DNA of 34,269 bases from an uncultured Dehalococcoidia bacterium. Lineage in GTDB: Bacteria > Chloroflexota > Dehalococcoidia > SHYD01. Below, one piece after another: positions 25,853 to 34,251 of the stretch (positions within the stretch are counted from its first letter, which is position 1; every line of letters begins with the position of its first letter). The notes under the pieces were generated by a model. That model was not told the origin of the DNA, did no database searches, and saw only the letters and a list, made by a program, of their open reading frames with translations. Position numbers and translations under genes: made by a program. The stretch is taken from positions 1 through 34,269 of the forward strand of contig CAZPYZ010000001.1 of assembly GCA_964590215.1 (NCBI GenBank), given 5' to 3'.

Positions 25853-25880
25853 TACCTGGTACCTCGTACCTCATACCTGG
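25853..25880 (+). repeat. four tandem heptamers TACCTGG-TACCTCG-TACCTCA-TACCTGG in the pyrH-frr spacer
   Basis: Read directly. The repeat ends 3 nt before the frr SD (ACGGAG at 25884-25889). Confidence 0.9.
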
Positions 25881-25895
25881 AATACGGAGCGGGCC

Positions 25896-26453
25896 ATGAT
25901 TGATGAGGTATTCGCATCAGCCGAAGACCGGATGAAGAAGTCCGTCCACGCTGAAGAACGGGATCTTTCTGCGATTCGCACCGGGCGAGCGAGGCCAGCC
26001 TTGGTGGAGAACCTCCAAGTCGAGTACTACGGCACGCCGACGGCCCTCAGCCAGGTGGCTTCCATTAAGGTGCCAGATGCCCGCCTGCTGGTCATAGAGC
26101 CCTGGGACCGCAGCGTGCTGGGCGGCATAGAAAAGGCTATTCTCAAGTCGGACATCGGTCTCAACCCATCCAACGACGGGACAGTGATCCGCCTGAGTTT
26201 CCCCCCGCTCACCCAAGAACGCCGACAAGAGCTGGTAAAGGTAGTCCACAAGAAAGTGGAGGACGGGAAGATCGCCCTGCGGAACATCCGTCGTGACGCG
26301 CACGAAGAACTCCGGGCCATGGAGAAGCGCAAGGAGATCTCCGAGGATGAGGAAAAGCGCGCTACAGAGCAGCTCCAGAAGCTGGTGGACCGCTACATCC
26401 AGCAGATGGAGCAGATTGGGAAGGCGAAAGAATCCGAGCTGATGGAGATTTGA
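25896..26453 (+). CDS. frr: ribosome recycling factor
   Basis: 185 aa. Contains [24 protein letters not shown] and [10 protein letters not shown]...SEDEEKR..EQLQKL. Confidence 0.96.
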   Translation: MIDEVFASAEDRMKKSVHAEERDLSAIRTGRARPALVENLQVEYYGTPTALSQVASIKVPDARLLVIEPWDRSVLGGIEKAILKSDIGLNPSNDGTVIRLSFPPLTQERRQELVKVVHKKVEDGKIALRNIRRDAHEELRAMEKRKEISEDEEKRATEQLQKLVDRYIQQMEQIGKAKESELMEI

Positions 26454-27136
26454 AGCCCCCCGCCCACGTCGCCATCATCATGGATGGCAACGGGCGGTGG
26501 GCCCGGCAGCGCGGGCTGCCCCTCTTAGCGGGGCACCGGGCAGGCACGGAGAACATCCGCCGGGTCATCAAGAGTTTCACCGATTACGGCGTCCGATACC
26601 TAACCCTGTACGCTTTCTCCACCGAGAACTGGGGCCGGCCAGACTCGGAAATCAAGGGGCTCTTCCAGTTGCTGCGCGAGGTAATCCGTCGCGAGACCGC
26701 GGAGTTGCACCAGGCCAATGTACAGCTGCGTCACGTGGGAACGATGGACAGGGTGCCGCAGCCGCTGCAGGGGGCGATCCGTAAGTCGGTGGAGCTCACC
26801 AAGAACAACACCGGCCTCGTGCTGAGCCTGGCCTTCAACTATGGCGGACGGGCTGAGATCGTCGACGCGATCCGTCGGATCGTGCGGGAGAGGGTGCCAC
26901 CAGACACCATCGACGCCGGCCTCGTGTCGAGCTATCTGTACACGGCGGGGCTGCCCGATCCGGACCTGATTATTCGCACTGGCGGTGAGATGAGGCTCAG
27001 CAACTTCCTCATCTGGCAGGCGGCATACGCGGAGTATTACGCCACCCCCACCTACTGGCCGGATTTCGGTTTAGAGGAGGTCCAAAGGGCCCTCGACGCG
27101 TATGGCAGGCGGCAGCGCCGCTTCGGCGGACGGTAG
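26450..27136 (+). CDS. uppS: isoprenyl transferase (undecaprenyl diphosphate synthase)
   Basis: [27 protein letters not shown] and [21 protein letters not shown]. The TTG start overlaps the frr stop (TTGA). Confidence 0.95.
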   Translation: MKPPAHVAIIMDGNGRWARQRGLPLLAGHRAGTENIRRVIKSFTDYGVRYLTLYAFSTENWGRPDSEIKGLFQLLREVIRRETAELHQANVQLRHVGTMDRVPQPLQGAIRKSVELTKNNTGLVLSLAFNYGGRAEIVDAIRRIVRERVPPDTIDAGLVSSYLYTAGLPDPDLIIRTGGEMRLSNFLIWQAAYAEYYATPTYWPDFGLEEVQRALDAYGRRQRRFGGR

Positions 27137-27794
27137 CCCTACCCGCAACCTCGTTACCCGGCTGGCCACCGCCGCCGTCTTGCTCCCCGTCCTCCTGGCG
27201 GGGGTTTGGGCCGGCCAGCCGTGGTTCACCGCCCTTGTCCTCGTCGTTGCCCTTGGAGCAGGGTGGGAGTTCACCCGCATAGCCGCTGCCGCGGGAGCTG
27301 GGCGTAGGGCCCTCACACTGGCAGCCTGGGTCTTCGGCGGCGCCCTCTATATCGGTATACCGCTCAGGTATTTCCTGGAGTTGAGGGCGCTGCCCGACGG
27401 AGTGGCTTGGGTCCTCCTAGCCCTGCTTGCGACCTTCGCCAATGACACGGCCGCGTATGCCGTAGGGCGGGTGCTCGGGCGCCATCCCATGGTGCCCACC
27501 ATCAGCCCAGGGAAAACCTGGGAGGGCGCAGCCGGCGGGCTCACCGCCGCAGCCGTTACCTGCGCAGTGCTAGCTGTGCTTTTCGGCCTTCCGGACGGCC
27601 CCTGGGTTGGGTTTGGACTGGGTTTAGGCTTGGCTGCTCAGGCAGGCGACCTGCTGGAATCGAGCTTGAAGCGGCGGGCTGGTGTCAAGGACGCAAGTGG
27701 CCTCGTGCCCGGCCATGGGGGTATTCTGGACCGCCTCGACAGCCTTGTGTTCGTCGCACCCCTTGTCTACCATTATTCGCAGTGGTTGACTTGA
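27102..27794 (+). CDS. cdsA: phosphatidate cytidylyltransferase
   Basis: Polytopic. The C-terminal signature is [31 protein letters not shown] 27102 overlaps uppS by 35 nt, and I saw no alternative canonical start. Confidence 0.9.
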   Translation: MAGGSAASADGSPTRNLVTRLATAAVLLPVLLAGVWAGQPWFTALVLVVALGAGWEFTRIAAAAGAGRRALTLAAWVFGGALYIGIPLRYFLELRALPDGVAWVLLALLATFANDTAAYAVGRVLGRHPMVPTISPGKTWEGAAGGLTAAAVTCAVLAVLFGLPDGPWVGFGLGLGLAAQAGDLLESSLKRRAGVKDASGLVPGHGGILDRLDSLVFVAPLVYHYSQWLT

Positions 27795-27849
27795 GCCCAT
27801 CCGCAGTGGTTGCAAGCGAACCGTCACCTGAGCCAGCCGAAGGTGGCCA

Positions 27850-28989
27850 GTGAAACGGCTCGTCATCTTGGGATCCACCGGCTCCATCGGCTGCCAGATG
27901 CTCGACATCGTTAGGAGTCGGCACGAATTGCAGGTGGTGGGGCTGGCGGGCGGGCGAAATCTCGACCTGCTGGCCCGTCAGGTGCGCGAGTTCGCTCCGC
28001 GGCTGGTTTCATTCAATGTCGAAGGGAATGTCCCCGGTCTGCGTGGTCCAGAAATCTGTACCATGGAACAGATGGTCGCGACACCGGAGGCCGATCTGGT
28101 CTTGGTGGGCACGGTAGGCAAGGCCGGCCTTGGCGCGACCCTAGCGGCGCTACGAGCGGGAAAGACGGTCGCCCTTGCCAACAAGGAGGTGCTCGTGATG
28201 GCGGGAGAACTCGTGCAGGCCACCGCCGCCAAGCACGGTGCGACGCTACTGCCGGTGGATAGCGAACACAGCGCCATCTGGCAGTGCCTCCTGGGGGAGG
28301 ATGTTTCGACGGCATTGGGCCGGAGCCAGATCAGGCGGCTCCTCCTCACGGCATCTGGAGGGGCCTTTCGGGACCTGGCCATGGACCAGTTGGACCGGGT
28401 GACCCCTGAGCAGGCGCTGCAACATCCCACCTGGAAGATGGGTCCAAAAATCACCGTCGATTCGGCAACCCTGATGAACAAGGGCTTTGAAGTGATCGAG
28501 GCCCAATGGCTTTTCGGCTGCGCGCCCGATCAGATCGAGGTCGTGATGCATCGAGAGAGCATCGTCCACTCCCTGGTCGAGTTTCCAGACGGAACCGTCA
28601 AGGCTCAACTCGGTATGCCCGACATGCGGGTCCCTCTCCAGTTCGCCTTGACCTATCCCGAACGTTACCCCGTGGACGGACTGTTTATGGACTTCACCAA
28701 GGTGACCGGGCTTACCTTCGAGCGAATGGACCAGGGACGGTATCCCTGCCTGACCCTGGCCCTGGAGGCCACGAAGCGCGGCGGGACCTACCCCGCGGTC
28801 CTCAGCGCCGCAGACGAGGTGGCGGTTGCCAGGTTCCTGGGAGGGGGGTGCTCGTTCCTCGACATACACCGGGTGGTCCAAGAGACACTGGAGCGGCACA
28901 CCCCCGTGTCGCACCCGACTATAGAGGATATCCTCGAAGCTGATGCCTGGGCACGGCGCTACCTATCCAACAGGACAAGGGCGCAGTAA
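27850..28989 (+). CDS. dxr: 1-deoxy-D-xylulose 5-phosphate reductoisomerase
   Basis: LVILGSTGSIGCQMLDIV, LANKEVLVMAG, PVDSEHSAIWQC and NKGFEVIEA. GTG start. Confidence 0.96.
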   Translation: MKRLVILGSTGSIGCQMLDIVRSRHELQVVGLAGGRNLDLLARQVREFAPRLVSFNVEGNVPGLRGPEICTMEQMVATPEADLVLVGTVGKAGLGATLAALRAGKTVALANKEVLVMAGELVQATAAKHGATLLPVDSEHSAIWQCLLGEDVSTALGRSQIRRLLLTASGGAFRDLAMDQLDRVTPEQALQHPTWKMGPKITVDSATLMNKGFEVIEAQWLFGCAPDQIEVVMHRESIVHSLVEFPDGTVKAQLGMPDMRVPLQFALTYPERYPVDGLFMDFTKVTGLTFERMDQGRYPCLTLALEATKRGGTYPAVLSAADEVAVARFLGGGCSFLDIHRVVQETLERHTPVSHPTIEDILEADAWARRYLSNRTRAQ

Positions 28990-28991
28990 CG

Positions 28992-30074
28992 GTGGACATT
29001 CCCGGCATCCTCAACTGGGCCGTACCCTTCTTCGCCGTCCTGTTGGTGCTCGTTATGGTCCACGAGTTGGGCCACTTCGTCACCGCCAAACTGGCCGGAG
29101 TGACGGTCCAGGAGTTCGGCTTTGGGTATCCCCCGCGCCTCGCGGGCCTTCGCTTTAAGGGCACCCTCTACTCCTTCAACCTGCTGCCTCTGGGCGGGTT
29201 CGTGAAGATGCTGGGTGAGGAGGATCCTTCCGAGACGAAGAGCCTTGCCGCGCAATCCGTGCCGACCCGGCTCATCATCCTGGGAGCAGGCGCTTTCATG
29301 AACGCTGTGCTTCCCGTGTTCCTCCTTACGGTCAGTTTGATGATCCCCCAACAAAGCTTCGAAGGGCCGGTCCGGATCGATGAGGTGGCGCCGGGCTCGC
29401 CTGCCGATAAGGCTGGACTTCAGCCTGGCGATATTGTGCTGAAGGTGAATGACCGCTCCATCGAGGTGCCTCCGGACGTGCGTTACAACATCCAGTTGAA
29501 TCTCGGCTCTTCCATCGAGATGACCGTCCAGCGGGGAAACGAAACCAAGGTCGTCCGCATGGTTCCGAGGTGGGAGCCGCCTTCGCAGGAAGGGCCGACG
29601 GGCATCAAGATCATCATGCGCCCGGAGGAGGTGCGTGAGGTAACGATTGCCCGGCCCATTCAGCGCGCCCTGTGGGAGGGACTTCGAGGCACCTTCGACA
29701 TGCTGACCCTGTTCAAGAACGGGATCTATAGCGCGATCATCAACCGCTCTGGTCCAGGGCCCGCGGTCACCGGGCCCATCGGCATCGCTCAAGGCACGGG
29801 CGAAGTGGCCCGGGCCGGCATCGGCCCACTTCTGGAGTGGACCGCTTTCCTCAGCATGAACCTCGCCATCTTCAATATCCTTCCCATCCCCATGCTGGAC
29901 GGCGGCCGGATCGTGTTCGTCCTGCTCGAGGCGGTGCGGCGCGGGCGGAGAGTGCCGCCGGAGCGGGAGGGGATGGTCCATGCTATTGGTTTCGCGGTCC
30001 TCATGGCCTTCGTGGTCATCGTCACGGTGGCCGATATCCAGCGCATAACGGGGGGCGGTAGCCTCATCCCATGA
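28992..30074 (+). CDS. rseP: RIP metalloprotease RseP (M50 site-2 protease with PDZ domain)
   Basis: HELGHF zinc motif, a PDZ segment (PGSPADKAGLQPGDIVLKVN) and NILPIPMLDGG. Confidence 0.93.
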   Translation: MDIPGILNWAVPFFAVLLVLVMVHELGHFVTAKLAGVTVQEFGFGYPPRLAGLRFKGTLYSFNLLPLGGFVKMLGEEDPSETKSLAAQSVPTRLIILGAGAFMNAVLPVFLLTVSLMIPQQSFEGPVRIDEVAPGSPADKAGLQPGDIVLKVNDRSIEVPPDVRYNIQLNLGSSIEMTVQRGNETKVVRMVPRWEPPSQEGPTGIKIIMRPEEVREVTIARPIQRALWEGLRGTFDMLTLFKNGIYSAIINRSGPGPAVTGPIGIAQGTGEVARAGIGPLLEWTAFLSMNLAIFNILPIPMLDGGRIVFVLLEAVRRGRRVPPEREGMVHAIGFAVLMAFVVIVTVADIQRITGGGSLIP

Positions 30075-30129
30075 CACCTTCTTCCCTCTGCCTCAGGGAG
30101 AGGGCCAGGGTGAGGGCAACGGCCATCGC

Positions 30130-31266
30130 ATGAGTACCTGGCATCCCCACAACACCACCATCTTCGTGGATGCCGTTGGGCCACGTCCCCGGCGGCAGTC
30201 CCAGCCCGTTCTGGTCGGGGCCGTGCAGGTCGGCGGCGGGGCGCCTGTCAGCGTCCAGTCGATGTGTACCACGGACACGGCGGACGTCGACACCACCGTC
30301 GCCCAGGTCCACAGGCTCGAGGCCGCAGGCTGCGAGATTATCCGCGTGTCGTGTCTCAACGAGCAACAGGCCAGGGCCATCCCCGCCATCAAGAAACGTA
30401 TCACCATCCCCATGGTGGCCGACATTCATTTCGAGCACCGCAACGCGCTCATCGCGATCGATGGTGGAGTGGACTGCTGTCGGCTCAACCCGGGGACCAT
30501 CAAGGACCCGAAAAAGATCCGGGAGGTGGTCGCGGCCGCGAAAGGGGCGCGCATTCCCATTCGCATCGGTGTCAATGAAGGCAGCTTGCCGCCCCTCAGC
30601 GGGGACGAGGAGATGCCCGAGGGGGCCGATCCCGGACTCCGGGGCGAGTGGCTCGTCCGCCGCATGGTCCGAGCCGGGCTGGAGGAGATAAAGCTCCTGG
30701 AGGACGAGGGCTTCTCCGATATCAAGATCTCCCTCAAGGCCTTCGACGTTTACGCCATGATCGAGGCCAATCGCCGCATCGCCTCGCTCATCCCGTATCC
30801 GCTGCACCTGGGCGTCACCGAGGCGGGGACGGCCGGACCCGGCTCCATCCGCAGCGCCATCGGCATTGGCACGCTGCTGATGGAGGGGATCGGCGACACC
30901 ATCCGCTGTTCCCTCTCCGCCGATCCCGTAGAAGAAGTGAAGGCTTGCTATGAGATCCTGCGAGCCACGAATCTGCGCCAGCGAGGACCGACCATCGTCG
31001 CCTGCCCCTCCTGTGGGCGGGCGCAGATCGACCTCATCAGCATCGCCAACCAGGTCCAGGAGCGCCTGCGAGGAATGGACAAACAAGTAAAAATCGCCGT
31101 GATGGGCTGTGTCGTCAACGGACCCGGCGAGGCCAGGGATGCGGACCTCGGCCTCGCCGGAGGTGGCAACGGCAAGGGCGTGATCTTCAAGCATGGCAAG
31201 GTCCTCAAGACGGTGGACGAGAGCGAGATGCTGGACGTGCTCATGCAGGAGGCGGCGAGCCTTTAG
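30130..31266 (+). CDS. ispG: 4-hydroxy-3-methylbut-2-en-1-yl diphosphate synthase (flavodoxin)
   Basis: VGGGAPVSVQSMCTT, IRVS, VADIHF, RLNPGT, IRIGVNEGSL, CPSCGR and GCVVNGPGEA. Confidence 0.96.
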   Translation: MSTWHPHNTTIFVDAVGPRPRRQSQPVLVGAVQVGGGAPVSVQSMCTTDTADVDTTVAQVHRLEAAGCEIIRVSCLNEQQARAIPAIKKRITIPMVADIHFEHRNALIAIDGGVDCCRLNPGTIKDPKKIREVVAAAKGARIPIRIGVNEGSLPPLSGDEEMPEGADPGLRGEWLVRRMVRAGLEEIKLLEDEGFSDIKISLKAFDVYAMIEANRRIASLIPYPLHLGVTEAGTAGPGSIRSAIGIGTLLMEGIGDTIRCSLSADPVEEVKACYEILRATNLRQRGPTIVACPSCGRAQIDLISIANQVQERLRGMDKQVKIAVMGCVVNGPGEARDADLGLAGGGNGKGVIFKHGKVLKTVDESEMLDVLMQEAASL

Positions 31267-31279
31267 GCGGTCGTTGGCG

Positions 31280-31489
31280 ATGGAACTGGTCGTCGTACTA
31301 GAAAAAGGCGAAGACGGTTATCTGGTCGCCGAATGTCCGACGCTGCCGGGCTGCGTCAGCCAAGACAAGACCGAAGCTGAAGCATTGGACAACATCAAAC
31401 AGGCAATTGAAGGCTGGCTCTCGGTTGAGAGGGACAAGGTCATTCAAGATGCCCCAGAGGGTTCGACGGTTCGCTGCCTGAAGGTCTGA
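31280..31489 (+). CDS. hicB: HicB-like antitoxin, short UPF0150-type (no DNA-binding domain)
   Basis: 69 aa. MELVVVLEKGEDGYLVAECPTLPGCVSQDKTEAEALDNIKQAIEGWL matches the HicB N-terminal fold signature (..a.vp.lPGc.sqG.T.eEAl.ni.eAi). The track ORF start at 31193 lies inside ispG, so I preferred ATG 31280. Confidence 0.75.
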   Translation: MELVVVLEKGEDGYLVAECPTLPGCVSQDKTEAEALDNIKQAIEGWLSVERDKVIQDAPEGSTVRCLKV

Positions 31490-31730
31490 CGGCCGGCTGC
31501 CGGTCGTATCCGGCCGAGCGACTCGCAGGGCGTTCGAACGATCGGGGTGGAACTATCAGCGAACCACTGGGCAGCGAACCACTGGGGATCACATGATTCT
31601 GACAAAGCCCGGTATACGCGCTTACCTCTCGATTCCGGATCATCGGGAGCTCGACCGCGGCATCCTGCGCAAGCTCATATCCCTTGCCGGACTCACGGTA
31701 GAGGAGTTCGTAGGCCTTCTCCGCGGGTAG
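31482..31730 (+). pseudogene. hicA: HicA/YcfA-like toxin ORF without a canonical start codon (CTG-initiated or decaying)
   Basis: The frame is open from 31482, after an in-frame TGA at 31479-31481, to TAG at 31728-31730. Translation is ..GRLPVVSGRATRRAFERSGWNYQRTTGQRTTGDHMILTKPGIRAYLSIPDHRELDRGILRKLISLAGLTVEEFVGLLRG, which resembles HicA (LPVVSG.., G-x-H, PxH, GtlrsIlkqaGls.eeF). There is no ATG, GTG or TTG before ATG 31593, only CTG 31497. This ORF is absent from the track. Confidence 0.55.
31557..31586 (+). repeat. perfect 15-bp tandem duplication CAGCGAACCACTGGG x2 inside the hicA-like ORF
   Basis: Copies at 31557-31571 and 31572-31586. The duplication is in frame and encodes QRTTG-QRTTG immediately before the G-D-H position. 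Confidence 0.95.
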
Positions 31731-31741
31731 CTGGGAACCCC

Positions 31742-33454
31742 ATGCGCGTCTCCAAGCTCCTCGGCAAGACCCTCCGTCAGCCCCCTGCGGAAGCGGAGAC
31801 GGTCAGCCATCAACTCCTGGTGCGGGCCGGTATGGTGAGCCAGCTGGCTGCCGGGGTATACAGCGTGCTCCCTCTGGGCTGGCGCGTGCTCCGGAAAATC
31901 GAGCAGATCATCCGGGAAGAGATGGATGCCGCCGGCGGGCAGGAGCTTAACATGCCCGTCCTGCAACCCCGGGAGATGTGGGAGCAGTCCGGCCGGGACC
32001 GCAGCATGGACGAGGTGTTATTCCGGGTGACTGACCGCCGCGAGCGGCAGCTGGTCCTCGGTCCGACTCACGAGGAGGTCATCACCACCCTGATCCGCAA
32101 TAACGTCCGCAGCTACCGCGACCTCCCCCTCATCCCCTACCAGATGCAGACCAAGTTCCGCGACGAGGCTCGCCCCAGGGCCGGGCTGATCCGGGTGCGC
32201 GAGTTTGTCATGAAGGACGCCTACAGCTTCGATGCCGACGAGGAAGGCCTCGACAAAAGCTACGAGGCAATGCGAAGGGCCTACGTGCGCATTTTCTCCC
32301 GTTGCGGCTTGCCGACGCTAATGGTCGATGCCGACAGCGGGGCCATTGGTGGCAAAGCCTCTCACGAGTTCATGCTCCTCGCCGACAGTGGCGAGGACTC
32401 GGTACTCACCTGCGAGGGGTGCGGCTACGCCGCCAACGCAGAGAAGGCTATCTTTGTGAAGCCGCCCGGCCCATCCGGCCCCGAGCTTCCCCTGGAGGAG
32501 GTCCATACTCCCGGCAAGAAGACCATCCAGGACCTTGTCGACTTCCTCGGCATCGGTGCCGACCAGACCTTGAAGGCTGTCTTTTATGTGGCCGGCGGAA
32601 CCCTTGTCTTCGTCACGATCCGGGGCGATCTGGAAGTGAATGAGGTCAAACTCAAGAACCTTCTCAAGGTGGCAGAGCTGCGTTTGGCCACGGACGCGGA
32701 GGTCGTGGCTGCAGGAATCGTAGCTGGATCCGCTTCAGCGCTGGGCCTCCGCGGCGTCAAGCACGTGGCCGATGACTCCATCAGACTCGGGGCCAATTTC
32801 GTGGCCGGCGCTAACAGGGCAGACTATCACTTCCGCAACGCCAACTACCCTCGTGACATGACCGCGGACGTCATCGCAGACATCGCCCTCGCCCGGCCTG
32901 GCGACCGCTGTACACGCTGCCGAGGAACGTACCGCGTGCAGCGAGGCATCGAGGTCGGGCACATCTTCAAGCTGGGGACCGCCTACAGCGAGGCGTTCGA
33001 CGCCACTTTTACCGATGCGGAAGGGAAGGACGCACCCATCATCATGGGTTGCTACGGCATCGGTGTTGGACGCCTCCTCGCCGCCGCCGTGGAACAGAAC
33101 CATGATGACCGCGGGATTATCTGGCCCGCAGCCATCGCTCCATATCACGTCTACCTCTGCGCATTGAACGCGGACAACCCTGATGTGGAGCAGCACTCGG
33201 AGCAGTTGTATCGAGGGCTGGTGACCGCAGGGGTCGAGGTGCTGTTCGACGACCGGCTGGAGTCCGCAGGCGTGAAGTTCAACGACGCGGATCTCCTGGG
33301 ACTGCCCCTGCGACTCACTGTCAGCCCCCGCACCCTCTCCTCCCAGTCTGTGGAGTTGAAGGCTCGCCAGGAGAAGGAGGCGGCGTTGGTCCCGGCAGCG
33401 GAGGCAGTGGAACGGGTTCAGGCGAAGCTGGACGCGTTGCGGCGCGACGGGTAA
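31742..33454 (+). CDS. proS: proline--tRNA ligase (bacterial type with INS editing domain)
   Basis: MRVSKLLGKTLRQPPAEAETVSHQLLVRAGMVSQLAAGVYSVLPLGWRV is a canonical ProRS N-terminus. The protein is 570 aa with class II motifs (FRDE.RPR.GLIRVREFVMKDAYSF; GCYGIGVGRL). The track ORF start at 31547 is an upstream out-of-context extension. Confidence 0.95.
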   Translation: MRVSKLLGKTLRQPPAEAETVSHQLLVRAGMVSQLAAGVYSVLPLGWRVLRKIEQIIREEMDAAGGQELNMPVLQPREMWEQSGRDRSMDEVLFRVTDRRERQLVLGPTHEEVITTLIRNNVRSYRDLPLIPYQMQTKFRDEARPRAGLIRVREFVMKDAYSFDADEEGLDKSYEAMRRAYVRIFSRCGLPTLMVDADSGAIGGKASHEFMLLADSGEDSVLTCEGCGYAANAEKAIFVKPPGPSGPELPLEEVHTPGKKTIQDLVDFLGIGADQTLKAVFYVAGGTLVFVTIRGDLEVNEVKLKNLLKVAELRLATDAEVVAAGIVAGSASALGLRGVKHVADDSIRLGANFVAGANRADYHFRNANYPRDMTADVIADIALARPGDRCTRCRGTYRVQRGIEVGHIFKLGTAYSEAFDATFTDAEGKDAPIIMGCYGIGVGRLLAAAVEQNHDDRGIIWPAAIAPYHVYLCALNADNPDVEQHSEQLYRGLVTAGVEVLFDDRLESAGVKFNDADLLGLPLRLTVSPRTLSSQSVELKARQEKEAALVPAAEAVERVQAKLDALRRDG

Positions 33455-33483
33455 TGGCGATGTTTCCCTGGGGCCGGTCCACG

Positions 33484-33516
33484 TCCGCCCACATCGGTAT
33501 GCGGGCGGATTAATCT
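33484..33516 (+). terminator. candidate hairpin after proS
   Basis: TCCGCCC (33484-33490) pairs with GGGCGGA (33503-33509), followed by TTAATCT. The stem is imperfect and the T-tract weak. Confidence 0.35.
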
Positions 33517-33568
33517 AAGATCCGCGGAGTGGTCGCCCAGCCGCGGTCCAAGGGAAGGGCGGACGGGA

Positions 33569-33594
33569 CCCACCATCCCGGGGTGGGGTATTTT
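33569..33594 (+). terminator. candidate intrinsic terminator / leader hairpin between proS and the YtkA-like gene
   Basis: CCCACC (33569-33574), 7-nt loop, GGTGGG (33582-33587), then GTATTTT. It lies 45 nt upstream of ATG 33640. Confidence 0.4.
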
Positions 33595-33639
33595 CGTGAA
33601 GCCTCGGGTGCTGGGCAGTACCGCCCCGGGGAATGAAGA

Positions 33640-34251
33640 ATGGGAATCCGCTTCATGCCAGGACTGACACCGTTGGAGATGAAACGGCCAGAGGACCGGT
33701 GCAGGCGGCGGAGCCTGCTCGGAATGTTCGTGGCAACGGTGGTTGGAATGGTGAGCGCTACCCTTCCCACGACTTCCGGCGCTGAGTCATGTCTCCCACC
33801 GGGCGGCGAGATCCTCACCCAGACCACCGCCGGCCCGTACCTCCTCGCGGTCAGCGTTCAGCCTGAGACTCCCTTCGTCGGCACGATCCGCCTGATGGTC
33901 GCCGTGTGCGACGCGGTAGCCGGGGCGCCGATTCCCCGCGCGTCAGTGGCCATGATACCAGTGAACGAAGAAGGGGCGCAGGGACGTCCGGCCCTTGCCT
34001 TCACCCGGGGTGGCCGCCCTGAGCAGTACGGTGCGGACCTCATGGTCAAAGAGCCGGGGCACTGGCGGTACCGGGTCCGGGTCAGCGCTGATGCGGGTGA
34101 GGCGGAGACGGAGGTGTCCGTGGAGGTTCGTGGGCCGCCGGACCGCGCCGACCTGGGGCCCGGCGCCGTTTTCTTCGGCGTCCTCGGTGCGATAGGGGCC
34201 GGGGTGGCGTACCTTGTATTGCAGGCACAGAGAGGGTCGCACCGCCACTGA
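33640..34251 (+). CDS. exported YtkA/FixH-like Ig-fold protein with Tat-type signal and C-terminal TM anchor
   Basis: It has a twin-arginine segment, RCRRRSLLGMFVATVVG..ATLPTTSGA. The middle reads LLAVSVQPETPFVGTIRLMVAVCDAVAGAPIPRASVAMIPV...EQYGADLMVKEPGHWRYRVRV, resembling the YtkA/FixH beta-sandwich. The C-terminal hydrophobic helix is AVFFGVLGAIGAGVAYLVL. Start choice is uncertain among ATG 33640, 33655 and 33679. Confidence 0.5.
   Translation: MGIRFMPGLTPLEMKRPEDRCRRRSLLGMFVATVVGMVSATLPTTSGAESCLPPGGEILTQTTAGPYLLAVSVQPETPFVGTIRLMVAVCDAVAGAPIPRASVAMIPVNEEGAQGRPALAFTRGGRPEQYGADLMVKEPGHWRYRVRVSADAGEAETEVSVEVRGPPDRADLGPGAVFFGVLGAIGAGVAYLVLQAQRGSHRH

Noticed and set aside
28959-31194. Two long minus-strand ORFs (372 aa and 376 aa) antisense to rseP and ispG
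   Set aside because: Both are shadow ORFs opposite genes with unambiguous motifs (HELGH/LDGG; IspG Cys motifs). Their composition is typical of non-coding frames at this GC.
31547-31741. 65-aa N-terminal extension of proS suggested by the track ORF (GTG 31547)
   Set aside because: The canonical ProRS N-terminus MRVSKLLGKTLR begins at ATG 31742. The upstream part overlaps the hicA-like ORF in another frame and has no ProRS similarity.
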